Shown in pieces: positions 59,702 through 64,000 of a stretch of 64,000 nt of DNA. Origin of the DNA: Candidatus Pacearchaeota archaeon (GTDB taxonomy: Archaea; Nanobdellota; Nanobdellia; Pacearchaeales; GW2011-AR1). Location of the stretch: the NCBI GenBank assembly GCA_041659265.1, contig JBAZYP010000003.1:101221-165220 (forward strand), written 5' to 3'. Position 1 is the stretch's first letter. Every line of letters starts with the position of its first letter. Under the pieces are notes generated by a model. It did no database searches and had not been told where the DNA came from. It saw nothing but the letters and a program-made list of their open reading frames with translations. Position numbers and translations under genes: made by a program.

Positions 59702-59989
59702 ATGGATGATATTTTGGCTTTAATTGAAGCACAAAAAAATGAATTGAAAAAGAGATTTAATGATCATGCTTTAGCTAATAATATTAGTTTAAATAATGAT
59801 TCTCTAGTTGTAGATGAACTTATAGATAAATTAATGGTTAGAAAAAGGAAATTTGGTGATTTATACTGCCCTTGCAGGTTTGTTACAGGCGATGAAACAA
59901 AAAATAAGGAGATTATTTGTCCATGCATATTCCATTTAGAGGATATTAATGCTAAGGGTTCTTGTTTATGCGGATTATTTATTAACTAG
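59702..59989 (+). CDS. Ferredoxin:thioredoxin reductase catalytic-subunit-like protein
   Basis: YCPCR...ICPC.FH...GSCLCGLF. Confidence 0.88.
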   Translation: MDDILALIEAQKNELKKRFNDHALANNISLNNDSLVVDELIDKLMVRKRKFGDLYCPCRFVTGDETKNKEIICPCIFHLEDINAKGSCLCGLFIN

Positions 59990-60006
59990 GAAATTATCAT
60001 AATAAT

Positions 60007-61182
60007 ATGGCATTTTTTGATTTTTTAAAGAAAAAAGTTGAGATAGTAAAAGAAACCATTCATTTTGCTGATATTCCTAATTGGATTGATAAATCCAATA
60101 AAGAATTTAAAATAAAGGATAATGTTATTTCTCAAGAAATAACTTTAAGGTTAAAAACTCTCATTATAAATTTAGAAGAAAATATTCCTGTAATAAAAAA
60201 TATAGATTTATCTAAAAAAAAGATTGAAGATAGGGTTAGATTTATAGTAAAAGAAAATCTTGATAAATATATTGAAAATCTTGAAAGATTCATATCTAAT
60301 CTTAGGGATATTTCAGAATATAATACAGATTCTTTGATAAAAAAAATTAATTTTACTGTTTTTTCTTTTGAAGATAGAACTAAACTTCAATATGAAAAAG
60401 CCACTTATTTAATTGGTGAAGATTTGGAAAAAATTAAAAAGGAAATTTCCAATTTTTTTAAGGATACAAAAGTGATTCTAGAAGTTAATAAATCAACTCT
60501 TGAAATGTTTAAGGCAATTGGAGATATAGAAATAATTTTAATTAAAATTAAACAGCAAGAATCTTTGGAAAAACATTCCGAAGAAATTATTGAAGAAGCT
60601 AATAAAGAGATAGCAAAAATAAATAAATCAATAGAAGATATTGTTAAGAAAATTTCTGAAGTTAAATCTTCTGAGTTATATTCAAATGAAAAGAAAATTA
60701 GGCAAGATATTGATTTAAAAAATTATGAACTTGAAAAAGATATAATATCCTTAAGAGAATTTATAGATTTTAAGTCTCTTATTAAGTCCTATCATACTGA
60801 TTCAAAAAAAATGGAGATAATTAAGGATTATAAGGATGATTTCAAGGAAAATTTTAAAAAAGACAAATTAGAAAAAATCCTTTATTTATTGATAGGAATA
60901 AATATAGAAACAAAAAATATTAATGATAAGATTAAAGCAATAAATGAAAAAAAAGATAATATTCTAGAGTTTGAGAAAAATATCTCTAAAGAATCTCAAT
61001 TTGAAAAAGTCATTATTTATGAAAAAGATACAAAAAGCCTTTTAGTTCAAATTGAAGATATAAAAGAAGAAATTGATAGGGAAAAAAACAAATTATCAAA
61101 ATTTAAAATAGATAAGCTTGAAGCAATGCATTCTTTAGAAAATGAGTTCTCTAAGATAAATTATCAAGTTATTTATACTTAG
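60007..61182 (+). CDS. Coiled-coil protein of unknown function
   Basis: K/E/I-rich heptad pattern. Confidence 0.7.
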   Translation: MAFFDFLKKKVEIVKETIHFADIPNWIDKSNKEFKIKDNVISQEITLRLKTLIINLEENIPVIKNIDLSKKKIEDRVRFIVKENLDKYIENLERFISNLRDISEYNTDSLIKKINFTVFSFEDRTKLQYEKATYLIGEDLEKIKKEISNFFKDTKVILEVNKSTLEMFKAIGDIEIILIKIKQQESLEKHSEEIIEEANKEIAKINKSIEDIVKKISEVKSSELYSNEKKIRQDIDLKNYELEKDIISLREFIDFKSLIKSYHTDSKKMEIIKDYKDDFKENFKKDKLEKILYLLIGINIETKNINDKIKAINEKKDNILEFEKNISKESQFEKVIIYEKDTKSLLVQIEDIKEEIDREKNKLSKFKIDKLEAMHSLENEFSKINYQVIYT

Positions 61183-61270
61183 GATTTTTTTTTATAATCT
61201 CTTATTTTTAACTTTATAGAAAAATTTTTTTAAGAAAGTTTTAAAACATCTTACTTCTTGATAGATTATT

Positions 61271-62077
61271 ATGACAAATAAAAAAGGAGTAGCCTTAGTT
61301 CTAGGCGGAGGTACAGCTAGAGGCCTAGCTCATATTGGCGTTCTAGAGGTTTTAGAAGAGAATCACGTGAAAATTGATGCTATTGTTGGAACAAGTATGG
61401 GTGCACTTATTGGAGGGTTATATGCTTCAGGAGATCTTAATAAATTCAAGGAAAAAATGATAAAATTATCTAAAAACAAGATTTCTTTGTTCTTTATGAC
61501 TAAAAAACTTAAATCCATGAAAAATATTTCAGATTCAGCTATGGATGATTTCTTAAAAGATATTATGAAAGATAAAAAAATAGAAAAATTGCCAATAGAT
61601 TATACTGCTATTGCTACAGATATTGATTCAGGTGAAGAAGTTTATCTTAAGGAAGGTAGTTTATTAAAAGCAATTTCCGCAAGCACTTGCATTCCAGGAG
61701 TTTTTAAGCCTGTTTTTTTAAATAATCGGTATTTAGTTGATGGAGGTGTTGTTGACCCCCTGCCTCAAAAATATGCTTCAGAAATCGCAACTAAAATTAT
61801 AATTGTAAACGCAATGCCAAAAGAATACAAATATGCTAGAGAATCTAATGATGTTTTTGAAGTATTATCAAAAGCAACTTCAATAATGGCTAATACTTTA
61901 TTAAATCTAAAAAATATTATAAATATTCAAGCTAATAAGGATGATTATGTATTTATTCAATTAGAAACTGATAAGATAGGTCCTTTTGATTTTTCAGATG
62001 TTCAAGGTTTAATTGATTTAGGCAGAAAAGAAGCTAAAAAAATGCTTCCAAAAATTTTAGAACTTGTTAAAGAATAA
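61271..62077 (+). CDS. Patatin-like phospholipase
   Basis: LGGGTARGLAHIGV, GTSMG, LVDGG. Confidence 0.93.
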   Translation: MTNKKGVALVLGGGTARGLAHIGVLEVLEENHVKIDAIVGTSMGALIGGLYASGDLNKFKEKMIKLSKNKISLFFMTKKLKSMKNISDSAMDDFLKDIMKDKKIEKLPIDYTAIATDIDSGEEVYLKEGSLLKAISASTCIPGVFKPVFLNNRYLVDGGVVDPLPQKYASEIATKIIIVNAMPKEYKYARESNDVFEVLSKATSIMANTLLNLKNIINIQANKDDYVFIQLETDKIGPFDFSDVQGLIDLGRKEAKKMLPKILELVKE

Positions 62078-62079
62078 AC

Positions 62080-64000
62080 TTATCTTTTCTTTTTCTTAGT
62101 TTTAACTTGTTCTTGTTGATGCATTTTATTTTTGTAAACCTGAGCTAAAATAAACATTATTACTATAAGTGCAAGGGAAACAATATTAAGCACAATAAAT
62201 AATGGAATATTGCTTTTTTTAGGTTTAGGTGCAGATGTAGTTGATTTTTTTGTTTCTAGTTTTATAGCTTCATTTGCAGTTACTTCCTTAATCTCAGTTT
62301 TTTCATTCTTACATTCACCAATATTAACCTTATATTCATTGGTTGTAACAATTCCTTCGTAAATTATGCTTGTTTTAAAAGTATAACTATTTGCTTTTGT
62401 TTTTTCAGGAATTTTAAAACTAAATGTTTTTTTGAAATTATCATCTTCATCATAACTTTCTAGTTTGAAAAATTCTGTTTTTTCATTAATATTTAAATTA
62501 GTATTTTCAATTTTTAATTGAGTCATAGCTGTTGATTTTCCATAATTTTTTACTATAACATTAACATCCAAATAATCTCCGCAAACAGCTCCTTCTAATG
62601 GAGTTATATCAAATGTTTCTATCCTAACATCATTGCTTTTTCTTGTTACATCGATAGTAACAAAAGCACTATTGTAATATTTTCTTTTTCCATCTTCTTT
62701 AGCAATTGCTCTAAAAAAGACAACATAATTCCTATCTTCATTTGCATCTTCATCTACTTTTAGATTCATATTAATGGTTTTAATTCTATTATCAGATATT
62801 CTTACATCTAATTCTTCTTTAACCATTACTTTTTCCTTATCAATATCATAAATATAACCTTCTATTACAAAGGACTTTTCATCATCAAATTGATTTTCAA
62901 TTTCAACTTCTGCTTCTATTGTTTCACCAGTATCAACTGATTCCCATGAAACAGGCTGTTTTATATTTACTTTAATTAAATCTGATTTTTCTATTGAATA
63001 ATTCTTTATTGCGCTAAATCTAGGTGGTGCTTTTGTGCATGTTGAAGCACAGCATCTTGCTGAATCATAAACGCCTAGGAAATCTTCAGAACATGTTTGA
63101 TTTTCAAAGCAAATATTTCCATTAACTTCACTGCAAGAGAATTCATTTATATTTCCAGAAACAATATTCCATGTATGACTAGCATTAAATTCTCCATCAC
63201 TATTATATGCTTTTAAGGTATATGATCCTTTTGTTAGATTAATAGTTTGGCTGCTTCCTTCACCGAATCTTTCATCATCAAGATACCAAATTACATTAAT
63301 TGGACTATCAGAATCAGCAATAAATATAGTAAATCTTGTGGGTACATTAGCAATTATTTTAGAACTATCTGATTTTGGAAAATAATCTTTAATTACAGGA
63401 GCATCATTAATATTATATATTTGTGTAACAAATAATTTTTCAGTATATCCGCCTAATGAATCACTAGCTCTAATCAAGCATGATGCAGGACCATAATAGT
63501 CTTTTGTTGAAACATAGGTTAGAATATTATCTTCAAAAGAACAATTTAGATTATCTTGTCTTTCAATTGAAAATATTATTTCTTGATTTTCAGGATCAAT
63601 TGCTTCTAATTCACAACTATATTGATTATCTTCAAAAATATCATCCTGACAAGTCATGTTTCCAATTACAGGAGGTTTATCTTTATATGCAACGTTTAGT
63701 ATCACATCATTAGATTCTTTAATATATTCATTATCACTTGCACTAAATCTTACAGTTTCACTTCCAGACCAAGTAGGATCATTAGTAAAACTTACTATTC
63801 CATTATTGATTTCTATAATTATTTCATTATTTCCACTAACATTGAATTTAATAGGACTATCAACATCTTTGAAAAAATCATTTAGATCAAATGCTTCAAG
63901 TAGATTTTCACCCTCATTCCAGGTGAAATCTGGAATATCTTCTTCAAAACTAGGTTCATCATTAACAGGTTTAACTAAAACATTTATATCATTACTAACT
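62080..64000 (-). CDS. Large surface protein with cadherin/Ig-like repeats and a C-terminal TM anchor; 5' end lies beyond the window
   Basis: Frame stays open from 63999 (VSNDINVLVKPVNDEP...) into the listed 541-aa ORF; NDAP/NDEP repeat motifs. Confidence 0.8.
   Translation of the reverse strand, partial: VSNDINVLVKPVNDEPSFEEDIPDFTWNEGENLLEAFDLNDFFKDVDSPIKFNVSGNNEIIIEINNGIVSFTNDPTWSGSETVRFSASDNEYIKESNDVILNVAYKDKPPVIGNMTCQDDIFEDNQYSCELEAIDPENQEIIFSIERQDNLNCSFEDNILTYVSTKDYYGPASCLIRASDSLGGYTEKLFVTQIYNINDAPVIKDYFPKSDSSKIIANVPTRFTIFIADSDSPINVIWYLDDERFGEGSSQTINLTKGSYTLKAYNSDGEFNASHTWNIVSGNINEFSCSEVNGNICFENQTCSEDFLGVYDSARCCASTCTKAPPRFSAIKNYSIEKSDLIKVNIKQPVSWESVDTGETIEAEVEIENQFDDEKSFVIEGYIYDIDKEKVMVKEELDVRISDNRIKTINMNLKVDEDANEDRNYVVFFRAIAKEDGKRKYYNSAFVTIDVTRKSNDVRIETFDITPLEGAVCGDYLDVNVIVKNYGKSTAMTQLKIENTNLNINEKTEFFKLESYDEDDNFKKTFSFKIPEKTKANSYTFKTSIIYEGIVTTNEYKVNIGECKNEKTEIKEVTANEAIKLETKKSTTSAPKPKKSNIPLFIVLNIVSLALIVIMFILAQVYKNKMHQQEQVKTKKKKR

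Noticed and set aside
857-63713. Other overlapping ORFs in the track (857, 2330, 5081, 6878, 8708, 12155, 19160, 20385, 26742, 27232, 32404, 33130, 33155, 41085, 42402, 49446, 55595-58777 set, 63480)
   Set aside because: They lie within or opposite better-supported genes, with no motifs; 5081-5287 is a frame shadow of the Gln-rich linker

Overview
AT-rich archaeal chromosome segment, most likely a DPANN lineage (Pacearchaeota/Woesearchaeota-like). This rests on the archaeal/eukaryote-type ribosomal proteins eL33 (L35Ae) and uL16 (L10e), BRE/TATA-type promoters, class III signal peptides and many short orphan genes. Housekeeping content: tRNA-Val(TAC), a MoxR-DUF58-VWA operon, YjjX, LemA, HtpX, GlgC, MalQ, Prs, an FTR-like protein and a patatin. 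Accessory content: three toxin-antitoxin pairs with palindromic operators, a 9.6-kb operon of nuclease/protease/JAB/modifier genes, a 2468-aa Cys-rich secreted protein and a 1006-aa secreted caspase-fold protein. The most striking locus is 41980-48330 (-). A tetraether-lipid-synthase (Tes/GDGT-MAS)-like radical SAM enzyme is followed by six tandem paralogous membrane peptides sharing an intramembrane (G/A)P(L/I)(V/I)F(V/F/L)G(S/A)C-x-P motif, then an ICMT-family methyltransferase, a DUF4395-like protein, a bacterial-type Lgt and a seventh, nonsense-interrupted GxC peptide. Together these form a candidate lipid-modified membrane-peptide (RiPP-like) system. A second pattern recurs across the window: five unrelated genes have their 3' ends duplicated 80-91 bp downstream, with a short hairpin between the copies. 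All family assignments come from motif recognition, not database searches.
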